Source of the DNA: Octopus sinensis
Taxonomy: Eukaryota
Direction of reading: 5' to 3'
Assembly (NCBI RefSeq): GCF_006345805.1
Contig: NW_021828913.1
Span: 1-7,337, forward strand
DNA: 7,337 bases
Notes under the pieces: generated by a model
The model's input: only the letters and a program-made list of their open reading frames with translations
The model's database searches: none
What the model was told of the DNA's origin: nothing
Program-made: the position numbers and the translations under genes
Shown: in pieces, positions 6,487 through 7,337 of the stretch
How positions within the stretch are numbered: the first letter of the stretch is position 1
Layout of the letters: each line of letters starts with the position of its first letter

Positions 6487-6806
6487 ATCTTCACATTTAC
6501 CCCTGTCTTTTCAATCCAGTTTCTGAGTTTCGTACTTTATATTTTCCGTGCTCAATAACAACACGTACAGCGATCCCTTTCTTCAATTACTAGAGTCCTT
6601 TCATCTCCCACTTCAATTTATCGCATAAGGCCCGCTTCTCTTCTTCTCTTCCCAATATTTTGTCGTCGCCAGAGCACGCAATATCTATGATTAAACTGGT
6701 TTTTCCTCTTTATTCACAACCACAATATGCAGTTTCCAACTTTCAATTTATGATTAGTTTCATTAGATCTCATAGTTTTCTTACTTTGCTATTCTCGGTT
6801 ACACCC

Positions 6807-6822
6807 ATTATTATTATTATTA

Positions 6823-6873
<51 letters not shown>

Positions 6874-6884
6874 TATTATTATTA

Positions 6885-6945
<61 letters not shown>
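6807..6945. repeat. (ATT)n / (TAA)n microsatellite, about 46 units
   Basis: Direct reading, with few interruptions. Confidence 0.98.
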
Positions 6946-6946
<1 letters not shown>

Positions 6947-7337
6947 CTTCGTAACACAGTGCATGTAAAAATGCACCGGAGGCTTTAGTCATCTGTCAAG
7001 TCACAACAAGGACCTCAGACAGATAATATTTTCCTTAAGATGTGCGCTGTACCTTAAGAAGTTTTGAAGTTTCAATGGGATCGAGCCCAACGCTCCGATC
7101 ACCACTGGTATCATTTTCACATTACCCTCTCGCATTCCATACAGTCTTGCCATTTCCACTTTCAATTCGGAGTACTTGGTGATTTTTTTCAACCTCTTTA
7201 ATCACAATAGTCATGTCATTTGGTATGGCTACATCAATGATCTGACAATATTCGTCTCACTTTCTCATTATGAAAATATCCGGTCGAAGGTTTTCGTTTA
7301 CACGATCCGTCTGAAAAATCATAGTCCCAGAGTATCG
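6946..7337 (-). mobile_element. 3' end of an R4/Dong-like RLE non-LTR retrotransposon (disrupted ORF end plus ~70 nt 3'UTR), continuing off the right edge
   Basis: Corrected translation: ILWDYDF/QTDRVNENLRPDIFIMRK*DEYCQIIDVAIPNDMTIVIKEVEK/ITKYSELKVEMARLYGMREGNVKMIPVVIGALGSIPLKLQNFL/GTAHILRKILSV* with the stop at 7017-7015. RPD, IIDVA, EK..KY and VVIGALG are RLE hallmarks. The 3'UTR has a GTGCAT/ATGCAC hairpin (6959-6976) and runs straight into (TAA)n. Confidence 0.88.

Larger units (their letters stand above)
5951..6499 (+). repeat. 13-bp target-site duplication ATCTTCACATTTA (5951-5963 and 6487-6499) flanking the SINE dimer
   Basis: An exact direct repeat on both sides, with no copy at the unit junction (6230/6231). 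Confidence 0.9.
5884..6806 (-). pseudogene. Decayed C-terminal RLE domain of an R4/Dong-like non-LTR retrotransposon, split by the SINE dimer (pieces ~5884-5963 and 6487-6806)
   Basis: Hand translation across stops and frameshifts gives VTENSKVRKL*D...IVVVNKEEK/TSLIIDIACSGDDKILGREEEK...KLKWEM...VVI.../NISTKLRNWIEKTGVNVKIKDLQKLVSLGTARILSKVLDI. This matches the LWD..PDI..IIDI..EK..VVIGALG..LQK..LGTA.IL pattern of R4-clade RLE tails. It is absent from the ORF track. Confidence 0.8.

Noticed and set aside
5925-6526. ORFs 5925-6173, 6004-6210 and 6266-6526 on the plus strand
   Set aside because: They are antisense to the tRNA-SINE units, not frame-conserved between the two copies, and show no protein similarity I recognise.
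6660-6968. 102-aa ORF with poly-Ile/poly-Tyr
   Set aside because: It is (ATT)n read-through on the strand opposite the LINE remnants.

Overview
AT-rich, microsatellite-dense eukaryotic repeat DNA with no host protein-coding gene. It is probably from an Octopus-like cephalopod; this is inferred from recalled SINE families and the repeat style, not searched. Contents: (1) a SINE-derived ~180 bp tandem array at 1-938; (2) short non-coding elements between (TA)n tracts that carry hammerhead-ribozyme (HHR) folds with non-canonical cores, with five clear motifs in three sequence families plus one permuted remnant, typical of Penelope-like element (PLE) terminal repeats; (3) a foldback element at 4522-4795; (4) a head-to-tail dimer of a tRNA-derived SINE under one 13-bp target-site duplication, inserted into a decayed restriction-like-endonuclease (RLE) LINE; (5) a second, younger R4/Dong-like RLE LINE 3' end joined to that decayed LINE by a (TAA)n tract. 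The best candidate for an undescribed system is the set of variant hammerheads (CCGACGA and CUGUUGA cores), including a palindrome with one ribozyme fold on each strand. All folds and alignments were done by eye.
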